Of a DNA stretch of 64,000 nt, positions 1-16,199 are shown one piece after another; within the stretch, counting starts at the first letter, position 1, and each line of letters begins with the position of its first letter. This DNA is from the human T2T-CHM13v2.0 reference genome, Homo sapiens: assembly GCF_009914755.1 (NCBI RefSeq), contig NC_060927.1; one strand, given 5' to 3'. The position numbers and the translations under genes are program-made. Under the pieces are notes generated by a model, which was given only the letters and a program-made list of their open reading frames with translations, did not search any database and was not told the origin of the DNA.

Positions 1-156
<156 letters not shown>

Positions 157-478
157 CTAACGGTATTTGCATTTAAAAACAATTATAACCCTACTCCACT
201 TCCAACATTGACATAATTTCATCATTTTAAGGCAGTTAATATTGTACCATTTATCATGCTGTGGTTTGTATTTCTTTGTTCAGAATGAAGTGCATGCCTC
301 CTTCAAAACTGTAAAATAAAATATACATGCTAGTGAAATTAAACAAAATTAGCAGGTAAAGAAATATTTGCTCTATGGTTACAAAAGTCATATTTCAGAG
401 CCAGAAAATACACATATTTTCTTTTAGAGAAAATCAGGTAATTTGCAAATCCAAATAAATAAATAAATAATAAAACCG

Positions 479-806
<328 letters not shown>

Positions 807-1456
807 TTAGTAACCCCACAGGTTTAAGCAAGAGAGCTATGCTAAATTTTACACAGCTGTTTCTATAAAGATACTCACGCACAGAAAAGAAACATTTTGA
901 AAAATATTTTCATGTTGGTTTTCTAGACAGGAAACCAGACTCATATTGCCCTAACACTTGGTTTGCATTTCATACCAGTTAAATTAAAAATTATTGTTAC
1001 TTAATTTCTCAGCAAACCAATTTTCTAATTTAGCCTTGTTCCAGATTTAATAATTTTTAAACATAAAATGTGGAGTTTTTCTGTCCTTTAATGTTTATGA
1101 GATGGTTTATTGTAGCCTTGTGGGAGCTAGCTTAAATAGATATATGTTTCTGGGATTGAAATGACTAACTTTTATAATTCTGGGGTTAAAGGACACAACG
1201 TTTTGATGAGTTTGGTACTATATTCTTTTAGGAGGTTAGCCTAGATTCTAATTTATTCAGGGGAATTCTTTACAGATACATAGTTCTCAGTTTTCGTAGT
1301 AAGACGTAGTAAGATGAAACTTTTACTTCTTTCATTACTTTCTTAATTCTTCTTTTTTTTTTTGTAACTCATCTCACCACCACAGGCCTTCTTTCGTTCT
1401 AATGCAACTGAATTATCATTACCAACTCTTAATTTATTTTTTCAAATTTTAAGTCC

Positions 1457-1800
1457 AGCCAGGTGCGGTGGTTCAAGCCTGTAATCCCAGCACTTTGGGA
1501 GGCTGAGACGGGTGGATCACCTGAGGTCAGGAGTTTGAGACCAGCCTGACCAACGTGGGGAAGCCCCGTCTCTGTGATCTCAGTTCACTGCAACCTCTGC
1601 CTCCCAGATTCTCTCGCCTCTGTCTCCTGAGTAGCTGGGATTGCAGGTGCGTGCCACCAAACCTGGCTAATTTTTGTATTTTTAATAGAGATGGGGTTTC
1701 GCCTGGTCCTGCTGGTCTCGAACTCCTGGCCTCAAGCGATCTGCACACCCTTGGCCTCCCAAGGTGTTGGGCTTACAGGCATGAGCAATTGCACCCAGTC
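1457..1800. mobile_element. Fused inverted Alu pair (+ left arm about 1457-1573, minus-strand Alu about 1574-1800)
   Basis: Plus-strand left monomer runs directly into antisense right-arm sequence with no A/T tail between them. Confidence 0.85.
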
Positions 1801-2315
1801 ATGACCTCTAATCCAGAGCCCAGGCAGGTCACTCCACACATTCAGAGCTTCCAACCACTTTTACGGTCTACCATTTTTAACCATAATGGAAAAATCAATG
1901 GCTACCAAATCTAAGGAAAATCTCTAATGTAAAAAATTAAACAACAAAACATGGGAGGGGTAAAAAGACACTTGGAGGAAACAGCTATGCAGGAAGGAGA
2001 AAATTTCAAATTAGTATTAATATTTTTAGAGAAATAAGAAAATATGTCATAGCCACAAAACAGGAATAGGATACTACTTAGGAGATAAAACAAACAGAAT
2101 GAAAAGAGCTTTTCAGCAGAAATGAAAAACCCAATAGAATAATTAAAAGATAACATTTTTTAGAAACTCCCAGAAAGTGGAACTAAAATACAAACAAGTG
2201 GAAAATAGAAAATAAAATGTAATAAGAAGAGAGGACCAGTCATGAACATCCAACAACTATTTAATAGGAGTTCCAGAAAGAGAGAACATGAAAAACAGAG
2301 AGGAGGAAATTATCA

Positions 2316-2735
<420 letters not shown>

Positions 2736-3016
2736 TTATAATAGTGAGATAAAAGAGAATATCTTAAAATCTTTTTGAATGTAAAAATAAGTAACATACA
2801 AATGGTTGGTTATCATAATGGCAGTGGGTTGCTGAACAAACCCCTAGAATCCAGAGGATAATGAATGGATCAATGTCTTCAAAATTCTGAAAGCAAATGA
2901 GTCCCAATCCAGCATTCCCAACCAAACTGTTTACCAACTATAGAGCTAAAATAATGATATGCTTCAATAAACAAAGCCTCAAATGATTTTCCTCTCATAC
3001 AACCTGGAGAATATGG

Positions 3017-3082
3017 TTAGTGGAACATATCCTCCAGTAGCCCAGGAAACTCATGTAGCTACTGGAGGATATGTTCCACTAA
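3017..3082. repeat. Perfect inverted repeat, 25-bp arms, 16-nt loop
   Basis: TTAGTGGAACATATCCTCCAGTAGC (3017-3041) is the exact reverse complement of GCTACTGGAGGATATGTTCCACTAA (3058-3082). Confidence 0.97.
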
Positions 3083-3387
3083 AATGAGGAAGTAAGCTAA
3101 GAAAGAGGAAAGCAGAGATCCAACTTGAGAGAGAGGTCTAGGTTTTTCCTGAGATGATGGTGTAGGGAGATCCTAGGACATCAGCTTTCTCAAGTTTAGA
3201 GCACAACCAGTCCAGATTGGAGCATACATAAAGAAAGCACCAGTAGCAATCATTCTTTTTAAAAAACAAAATTTGATAGAGTATCTGATGCATGCAAACA
3301 TATTCACAGGAGTTGTATTCTTCTGGAAGAGTGTTTGAAGATAACTTAATATAAGCTACATAGAAAATTGAGCAAATTAAAAATGAA

Positions 3388-4005
<618 letters not shown>

Positions 4006-4627
4006 TAACAAAGAACTACATGGCCCAGCTTTGAATAATATTACATAATTAACTGAATACTGATCTAACCAAAATCTATGCCTTAATTAGGATATCAGAG
4101 AGTATGTATTTGTCTATGTTGTAGAGGTGGAGTAAGAGAGTTAACTCTATCTTTCACATTAGGAAGCCACAGATTGTCTCTGAAAGTAAGAAATCAAGAA
4201 ATAGCAGGGTAAACCTATTAACTAAACATAGAGTGGAAAATGTTAAAAGAACAGCTGAAAGGACAAATGTGGGTACCTCTGGGAAGTAGAAATTAAGGGA
4301 AAAAAAGGTAAAAGCGGAGGAGTGCTAATTTCCACAGTAACATTACTGAACTTTAAAAACGATGTACATATAAAACTTTGATAAAATTAAAACTTGTAAA
4401 AAAGATTAAATGACACACTGTGTCTCAGAATAACCTATCAGATTACCTAGTTGTAGTAAATAGCTAATATATGATTTTTTCCGTTGTTTTTAACAGAAGA
4501 GTAGGAAAATTAGGTGTTTGCTATAGGTTTTTTTTTGCACAAGACGAAGTCAATGACCCAGAAGGTGGAACTTAAGAGCATATTGTCCAAGATAGCATGA
4601 TGCTGTTACATCACTTGAAATTATGCA

Positions 4628-4968
4628 GGCCAGACACGATGGCTCCTGCCTGTAATCCCAGCACTTTTGGGAGGCTGATGTGGGATCTCTTGAGGACTTG
4701 TGAGCTCAAGGTTGGGGCAAAGGAGGCCAGGAGTTCAAGATCAGTCTGGCCATCAAGCCAGACCCTGTCTATCCAAAAAATAAAATAATTAGCCGGGCAT
4801 GGTGGCAAGCAACTGTAATCTTAGCTAATCAAGAGGCTGAGGCAGGAGGATTGCTTGAGCCCATTAACTGGAGATTGCAGTGAGCCATGGTCACACGATT
4901 GGACTCCAATCTTGGCAACAGAGTGAGGCACTGTCTCAAAAAAGAAAGAAGAAAAGAAAAGAAAAAAG
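4628..4968 (+). mobile_element. AluJ with insertion in left arm
   Basis: Diverged Alu dimer with extra sequence at about 4695-4722 and (GAAAA)n tail. Confidence 0.88.
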
Positions 4969-4998
4969 ATGAGGTTCTTCCTCTCAGAGGCCATCTGG

Positions 4999-5150
4999 AG
5001 TGGTTCTCAAATCTGACTATTTGTAAGCTTCATACGGAAAGATTTAAAAAAATCCTGATGCTCAGGATGCATCCTAGACAATTAAATCAGAATCTATCTT
5101 TCAACCTACCTCAAATGATTCCAATGTGTAGCCAAGGGAAAGAACCACAG
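4999..5150. mobile_element. MER5A-like hAT-Charlie MITE
   Basis: Terminal inverted GTGGTTCT...AGAACCAC; internal AATTAAATCAGAATCT and ATGATTCCAATGTG. Confidence 0.65.
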
Positions 5151-5343
5151 CCCTAAGTGTGAGTTTATGAGACTGGGCTATCTGCCATTTCCAAATCTCA
5201 TCAGAGCCCAAGGAGGGGTAGAGAGAAGTACATGTTATGGGGAGAGAAGTTGGGTATCCCTCCCTCTGCCAGGCCAACCTGCACTTTTAACTCGACCCCA
5301 CTGTCACTTGGTAGTTAAATGAATGCATACTCTGGGTGATGTT

Positions 5344-6368
5344 TGTAGGGAAAAGAAAGAGAGATCAGACTGTTACTGTGTCTATGTAGAAAGGGAAGAC
5401 ATAAGAAATTCCATTTTGACCTGTACCCTGAACAATTGCTGTGTCCTGAGATGCTGTTAATCTGTAACTTTGCCGCAACCTCTTTGCCCTAACCTCTTTG
5501 CCCCAACCTTGAGCTCACAAAAACATGTGTTGTATGGAATCAAGGTTTAAGGGATCTAGGCCTGTGCAGGATATGCCTTGTTAACAAAATGTTTACAAGC
5601 ACTATGCTTGGTAAAAGTCATCGCCATTCTCTAGTCTCGATAAACCAGAGGCACAATGCACTGCGGAAAGCCGCAGGGAACTCTGCCCTGGAAAGCCGGG
5701 TATTGTCCAAGGTTTCTCCCCATGTGATAGTCTGAAATATGGCCTCATGGGATGAGAAAGACCTGACCGTCCCCCAGCCTGACACCTGTGAAGGGTCTGT
5801 GCTGAGGTGGATTAGTAAAAGAGGAAAGCCTCTTGCAGTTGAGATAGAGGAAGGCCACTGTCTCCTGCCTGCACCGGGAACTGAATGTCTCGGTATAAAA
5901 CCCGATTGTACATTTGTTCAATTCCGAGATAGGAGAAAAACCGCCCTATGGCAGAAGGCGAGACATGTTGGCAGCAATGCTGCTTTGTTATTCTTTACTC
6001 CACTGAAATGTTTGGGCGGATAGAAACATAACTCTGGCCTACGTGCACATCTAGGCATAGTACCTCTCCTTAAACTTAATTGTGACACAGATTCCTTGGC
6101 TCACATATTTTCTTGCTGATCCTCTCCTTATTATCACTCTGCTCTCCTACCACATTCCTCTTGCTGAGATAGTGAAAATAGTAATCAATAAAAACTGAGG
6201 GAACTCAGAGACCAGTGCCTGTGTAGGTCCTTGGTATGCTGAGTGCCGGTCTCCTGGGCCCACTGTTGTTTCTCTATACTTTGTCTCTGTGTCTTATTTC
6301 TTTACTCAGTCTCTCTTCCCACCTGACGAGATATACCCACAGGTGTGGAGGGGCAGGCCACCGCTTCA
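5344..6368 (+). mobile_element. Solo HERV-K(HML-2) LTR, LTR5A/5B-type
   Basis: TG...CA ends; starts TGTAGGGAAAAGAAAGAGAGATCAGACTGTTACTG and ends GGGGCAGGCCACCGCTTCA; 1025 bp; TSD ATGTT (5339-5343 / 6369-6373); TATAAAA 5894-5900; AATAAA 6187-6192. Confidence 0.95.
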
Positions 6369-7949
6369 ATGTTTGGGCTTTCTCAATAGGGTCTCATCCT
6401 CCATTCTTACCGACCAGAAGAAAAGTTGTGGTTGGTCAAAATCTGAGACATTAATGGGGCCACATTTTGGGGGTGTACCTCAAAAGCAGAGACCAAGCTT
6501 CATTCTTTCTCCTGTATTTCTAGCACTTGGGTGAACTGGACCATTTTTCTCTGGCCAGGCCACTTGCCTTAAAGTGGTGGGCTCAGGAACGTTGGCCCCC
6601 TGTGTCTCAGTATCTCTGCACCCGGAACAGGGTCTCTGAGAATCTCCGGATTGGAAAGTAGAGAACTTTAGCCCCAGGCCTGGGCCTTGCCTCCAGCACA
6701 GACTCCCAGAGGTTATTAGGCCTTCAGCTGGTGCTTCCTAAGTAGAAGGGTATTGTTTCCTATCCAGTCACCGATCCTTTTGTGTGCCCTCCCTTGGTTC
6801 AGAATCCCAAAGAGAATGAATGGGAGAACTCGAGTTCTAAATTCTGTCTTAGAAGCACTCAAATACAGTTTGTAGGGAGACTCCAAACTGGTCTCTCACT
6901 ACCCTGACAGCCTAAAAACGCAGCTGGAATTTTGCATTCTCTTCCCCTAACCAATTAGTATATGCATTTCAAATACTATGCATAATATGCATATTAGTAT
7001 ATACAAGATAGGCTAAACACTGTGTGAAACTAAGAAGGTAAACCCTCTCCTAGCTTACAAACAATTGGTACAATTAAAAATATTTGACAATGGTGAAGGC
7101 ATGGGCAATGGCTATTTACAAATCAAAATATAAATATTTTAATATTTTAGTAATAGGCGTGGTGGTACCAGTGTGTCTCAGTTAAATAGTAGTCTTGCCC
7201 CAAAGCGCTTTTGAATGCTTTGCCACCTATGCATCAGTGGATTCAGGAATGTAATGAGAGTTCTCAAAAGTAATGGAAGCAAAGCCAAGCAAGTCTCCCA
7301 CTCCACACATCTTGCTTTTCCCTTTCTGTGTTGAGCTTTGGATCTTCCACAAAGGGGACTGGGTGCCCCTGCGGAAGTCCAGCCAGGGAGTAGTCAGACC
7401 TGGGGGGAGAGGATGGATTACAAGCCTGAATTTGCCTTCCCTACCAGACAAGCTCTGGCTTGAGGAATAGAGAAGTGAAAGAAAAAAGAGGTGCTTCGAC
7501 TCAGTTGGAGACAGGGAGGGTTATGAGTGGAGTGAAGACAAGGCTCTTAATTCAAGCTGCCTCAAATTACATTTGTCCACACACGCAGCAAAATGCTGCT
7601 TAAAAAATAAATGAGGTTAATTTCTCTTTACGGGTTCCCTTTCATCTCAGGGTTTCAAAGCACTTTGCCACAAAAGATCCTTTATCTTCACAATTCTTTT
7701 TTTATCTAAATATAAACAGAGGGCCCTAAGTTTATATTTAAAGTTCAGTAAAGCCCTAAACTTTGGAAAGAAAAGGTACTTTAAAAATTCTTTTATCATT
7801 ATAAGATCCAAGTAGCCAATCAAGGACCACACAGACAGAAAATCCACATTCAGATGAAAGGCCACACCTCTGCTCAGATGACCTGCGTGCTAATTAAAAT
7901 CACAATTAAAACAAGCAGAGGGGATGGAGAGTGGTGACTTAACTTGCCC

Positions 7950-8470
7950 TTATCCCAGCAGATACACTCACAACTGACTCACACAGGATACATCGGATTT
8001 TCTCCAGCAGGCATTTGGAAAAAAGCAAAGAAGAAATTCTAGTTTTAGCTGCCCTCCATCTACTAACCCAGTAAACTCCATCCCTGGGTCGGTGACACAT
8101 CCCTGACTCGCAGCCACCTCAGCAGAGCCCCATTCCGTGCAGGAAGAGCCAGCTTGGCCTCCTGGTGATGGGAATGTTGTTTGCATATGCATTTTTTCAG
8201 CAAAAGAAAGTCTCAAAATCTCCCTGGTTCCAGGGTGTGAGTCATTAGTGGGTGTTTGTTTTTTGGGTTCTGAGTGTGAGTCACCACCTTTCCTGCTGTT
8301 GGTCTTCTCAATCCTAGGGTAACAACTAAAAAGCGATGACTAGAGATGCCTGTGATGCTTAAAAGCGGACACCTGGACATTATTCATTTGGCAATTGTAT
8401 CAACAATTAATTTTAAAGTTTGTTCTTTTCTCTGTAAACAAGTGTATAACGTTTATAAATAACAGTGGGA
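7950..8470. promoter_or_regulatory. Candidate enhancer/promoter with AP-1 cluster in non-repeat DNA
   Basis: TGACTCA 7975-7981, TGAGTCA 8238-8244 and 8277-8283; FOX-like TGTTTGTTT and GTAAACAA; TTTGCATATGCAT near 8180. Motif evidence only. Confidence 0.4.
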
Positions 8471-8767
8471 AAGAGGAAGGTGGGGGAAGGGAGAGAAACA
8501 AATCTAAAAAGGATATGACTGAGGTAAACGGAAGTAGAGTCTAGTCAAAGCCAAAATAGACAACTGCCTGTTTGTCAGCTAGAGGAGGGCCGGGGCTGGT
8601 GATGTTGACCAAACTCTATACATGAACAAGCATCTGATGCTGCTCTCTAGGACTTTTCCTCATTAGCCTGGGAGTGTGCGTCGGGAGGGCAGTCAGGAGG
8701 GACTGCCAGTGTTAACCATCAACTCTAGAATCTGAAAGAACAACATGGCTTTGAAATGACATCTTCC

Positions 8768-9139
<372 letters not shown>

Positions 9140-9333
9140 TCAAGACCACCCAGAATTCTACAATGGAGAATGTTCTATAAAGTCACGGTGTCATGCCAGG
9201 ACCAGGAACCAAAAAACAGCAGCTTGAAAACCAGTGATTTGACAATTTGGGCTACCCTAACGGCTAGTTTTTATTTCAGTGACATTGGGCAATAAATCAA
9301 GCCATTTAAGATGGTTGAAAGAAATCAAGATGA

Positions 9334-9334
<1 letters not shown>

Positions 9335-9376
<42 letters not shown>
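9335..9376. repeat. (CA)n microsatellite
   Basis: About 21 uninterrupted CA units. Confidence 0.98.
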
Positions 9377-9379
<3 letters not shown>

Positions 9380-10134
9380 CAGGTTTTGAGCTCATGGAGG
9401 ACTCAACCTGGATTTGACTCAGAGAAGGCATTTGGCCACAGGCATTTCAGTTTGCTTTCAGAAAGTGAGGAATTACAAATGAAAAAAAGCTCTGACTTTT
9501 CAGCTGGTTTGAGTGTGGAAATCAAAGCTTGGCTTTTTTCTACCCAGAGGAGTCTAGGTACTCTGTGTCATTTCTAGTATATAATTACAATATATCTGTA
9601 TGCCCACATATTGTCACTATATTAGGTATTTTACAAAGCCCAGAAAAACAGAGCCTCTGTCCTGGTGTTCCAAATGTTAGTCAACCTATTTAAACTCTTG
9701 GTAACAATGCTGAGGTAATGAAAATGAACTCAGCTGCCACTGTTGGCACAGACACAGCGGAAGGAAGAAGTATTATTTGATTCAAAGCATTCTCATTTAG
9801 GGGAGAAAAAATTATAATGCATATCACCACTAAGTGGAAAATAAAGATTATAAACTTGGAGTTGTATTCCTGAGACCTTGACATTTTAAAATAAAAGGCT
9901 TCAGTGTTTGCAGAATATTTTTTCATTAATGTCTCAGTTACTTGTTTTTAAGGATAATTATTTGTGGATATTACAAAAGAACTTCCTGAACTACCCATTT
10001 ACTTGTGGGCATATACATTTGAAAGATGCCCCAGGCCCATTCCAAAGCAAAACAACACACACACCTAATTGTGACTTTATGCCTAACTAGCCTGGTATTC
10101 ATGACACATCTTTAAAAATTCTCTCAAAAAAGTG

Positions 10135-10435
10135 ACCAGTTGTTTGGCTCCTGCCTTTAATCCCAGCTCTTTGGAATACCAAGACAGGAGGATTACTTGA
10201 GGCCAGGAGCTTGAGAGCAGCCTGGGCGACATAGTGAGACCCTGTCTCTACAAAAAGGTTAAAAATTAGCTAGATATGGTGGTGTGCGTCTGTAGTCCCA
10301 GCTACTCAGGATGATGATGTGGGAGGATCACTTGAGCCCAGGAGTTCAAGCTTGCCCTGAGCTACAATTGCACCACTTCACTCCACCCTGGGCAACAGGG
10401 CAAGACCCTGCCTGTAAAAAAAAAAAAAAAAAAAA
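10135..10435 (+). mobile_element. AluJ
   Basis: Diverged dimer, GGAGGATCACTTGAGCCCAGGAG right arm, A tail. Confidence 0.9.
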
Positions 10436-10981
10436 TTAAAATTAAAATTCTATGAAAAACATGAAGACCTGGGATCAGACTCTGGCAGACTGACTTGTTA
10501 ACACTTTTTCAGAAGAATTCTGCTCTTATCTCACTTAACCTTGGGTATCTTTTCTCAGAAAAGTGACTGATGAGATGTTCTCAAATCTTATGACAACCCA
10601 TCAAGTTGCTTCCATGCTCATTCAGCTCAAGATATCCAAGAAGTCGGTACCTAGGGGCCATGTCTTTGCTGTCATCCTGATTCTTTAGCTGTAGATTATC
10701 AGTGTGCCTGTCCCAAGTCAGGCTAGTTTGGCAGAGAATCCCATATTCTCTTGTATGAGAGCATGGGGTGTGAAATTTGGAGATGTGGTGTTCCTTGCCA
10801 TATGGAGGAAGCCAATTTTCAGAAAGAAAAAAAAAGAGCTCACACTTGGAGAGATGAGACAGAGAAAGTGCTGGCTGCATTTCAGTTTCTGGTTCTATTT
10901 GTCCCTAAGATCATTCAGCTTGCCACTTAGGGATAACATATGCCAGAATACTTTTTAAAGATGATCACCACTACCTTCTCC

Positions 10982-11287
<306 letters not shown>

Positions 11288-11534
11288 TTTCGTTTTGTTT
11301 TGTTTTGTTTTTGGCCTAAGCTACTTCAGGTTGGGTTTCTAAAATACTGATCAAATTGATTATGAAAAAAAGTATCAAGATCAACACCATTTTTTTCTTA
11401 AGGAAAATTAGACCCAAGGGACTGTAGAAAGATATTTATTTACATTGGTAAGAATCTTTCAACAAATGACTGGAGAGCATGCAAATAGAATGTGCTACCT
11501 GAGTGCTACTACAGGGCTTTAAGACCAGAGAATT

Positions 11535-11897
<363 letters not shown>

Positions 11898-12121
11898 TAG
11901 GAGATTGAAATCTTGTTGATATGATAGAATTAGCTTTGCTTCCATGGGAACTTCTTGTTTACTGTATATTACCCACCACTTGTGTAGTCACAAGGCAGGA
12001 ATATGGGCTTTGTTTTTTGATGTAGCTAAGCACCTAGGACAATGCTTTTTATATAGTTGGCCTGCAAGAAAAATTTGCTAAATGGATGAACTAATGTTTG
12101 TTCACATCTTATTCCTGTTAG

Positions 12122-12189
12122 GTATATTAGTTCTTATATGAATGACAGAAGAAACAATGAAATTGAAGGAAAGGAAGATGAACGCTAAG
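12122..12189 (+). other. Candidate 68-nt internal non-coding exon
   Basis: Branch-like CTAAT 12091-12095, acceptor TTATTCCTGTTAG, purine/GAA-rich body, donor AAG|GTAATT at 12189/12190. Confidence 0.45.
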
Positions 12190-12589
12190 GTAATTAGGAC
12201 AAAAAGCAAGCTCAAATGTCACAGGAAAACTATTTTTAAATTTAACAATTTGGAAAATTTTGCTAACACTTCTGTTTCAGTCATTGATCATAGATGAACC
12301 AAAGGTATTTCTCTCCATCCCACCTCTATTTAATTTCTGTTTTATGTACTGCTAGTTACAGTCTTTTACATATTCTTTCCTTTCCTTAGTAATAGCACCC
12401 CTTCAATTTTAGCTAAGCAAATGGGAGTACAGCCAAAAACCGTATTTTCCAACCTGCTCCCCCTGCCCAGGCTTCTGGGATGGTGAGTTCTGATCCTCCC
12501 TTGTACGGGGGGACGATCGTCATTTCACAGTGGAAGATTATGGTGCCCCCAGTGTCTTGCTTGGGTTTCCTGTGGCACGTTGCAGAGGG

Positions 12590-12790
12590 GAGCCAATCCA
12601 TTTGACATTGTAAACTAGGCAGCAGTCCGTTGCCAAGAGTGTTGCTGTCTCAGAACTACACAACTTCCCATGTCTTATTAAATAACCGTGACTTACCCTT
12701 TCTTTGTACCCACTAAACATCTCACGCTTTTGCCCATAGATGGTGTGTGGCAAATCTCTTTGCCGCCATGTGTCAGATGGTGGTCTGTCT
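12590..12790. promoter_or_regulatory. Cluster of promoter/insulator-like motifs
   Basis: AGCCAATC (CCAAT), GTTGCC half X-box, AACTACACAACTTCCCA (ZNF143-like), CCATAGATGGTG and TCAGATGGTGG (CTCF-like), GCCGCCATGT (YY1-like). Motif evidence only. Confidence 0.3.
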
Positions 12791-13019
12791 TTAGAACAAA
12801 ACAGATAATTGGGTCTGCAGACAGCTGCCCCCTTCTCCATCCTGGGCCTGCCGTGGTGCATCCAAGCAGCTAACCTGAGTACCTGTAGCCACTTCTATAT
12901 TGCTTGTATTGCTACTTAGGGGTCTTGCTGCAATGTTCCTCCACATACCTGGCCCTCTGCATACCTGGCTCTAGGGAAATCATGGAAGAACAATGTGATA
13001 AGAATGTGAGGGTCACTCA

Positions 13020-13715
<696 letters not shown>

Positions 13716-13716
13716 T

Positions 13717-14365
<649 letters not shown>

Positions 14366-14449
14366 AAAGATGGATTAGAGAGCTATTAGCAAACATTAAT
14401 AAGACTATATGCAGTCTGGAAATGGGAAGTGAGGTAAAAGGAAAAGTCA

Positions 14450-14950
<501 letters not shown>

Positions 14951-15181
14951 CTATCCAGTGCCAGCTACATAATTTGTGGGACTCCACAAATTTGGTTAAA
15001 CATCATTCTGGCTGTTTCTGTGAGAGTGTTTTGAAAGAGATTAACATTTCAATCTGTACACTAAGCAAAGCAGTTTGCCCTCCCTAATGTGGGGGGCCTC
15101 ATTCAGTCAGCTGAAGGCCAGAACAAAGGGCTGACCCTTCCCAAATGAGAGAGAGGTTTTCCCTGACTTAAGATTTAAACT

Positions 15182-15541
<360 letters not shown>

Positions 15542-15689
15542 CTAGAACCACACCATCAGCTCTCCTGAGTGAGTCTACAGCTTGCCAACTCACTTTGCAG
15601 ATCTTGAGACTTGACAGCCTCCATAATAGCAGGAGCCAATTCCTTATAATAAATCTCTTTATACACACATATGCGAGTGCATGTGCGTG

Positions 15690-15746
15690 CACACACACAC
15701 ACACACATACACACACACATACACACACACACACATACACACACAC
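15690..15746. repeat. Interrupted (CA)n microsatellite
   Basis: CA repeats with TA interruptions. Confidence 0.95.
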
Positions 15747-16199
15747 CCCTACATCTTACTGTTTCTGTTTCTCTGGAGAACCCTGACTCCAGAGAAAGTG
15801 CAGGATCTTGTGTAGCTGCACTGATCACATATCCATGAAGCCGACCCTGTTCCTATTTTCCCTACTTGCCAACACATACCACAAAGAGAGAGAAAGAAAA
15901 AAGTAGGGGAGGAGAAAGAGAAAGAGGTGAGTTAGTGGGAAGAACAAATTGGCTTGGTTTTTATGAGCTATCAATAATCTCTTGCTGTCACTATAAAGCA
16001 TACATAATTTTTTACATATAGCAATAAAAGTACAGACCACATAAGATAGCTTAGAAATTTCCAGTGTCCTGAGATCATATATTGAAACCTATTGATTTAG
16101 AAAAATATTATTTTCATATGCTAAAGAGTAACAGTTCAGAAATAATATCAACTGAACCAATGTCCTTCTTTTGTACAGTTATCTCTGCTCTTATAGGAC

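Noticed and set aside
5739-6023. 94-aa ATG ORF MASWDEKDLTVPQPDT
   Set aside because: Lies entirely within the LTR5; incidental ORF with no sign of function.
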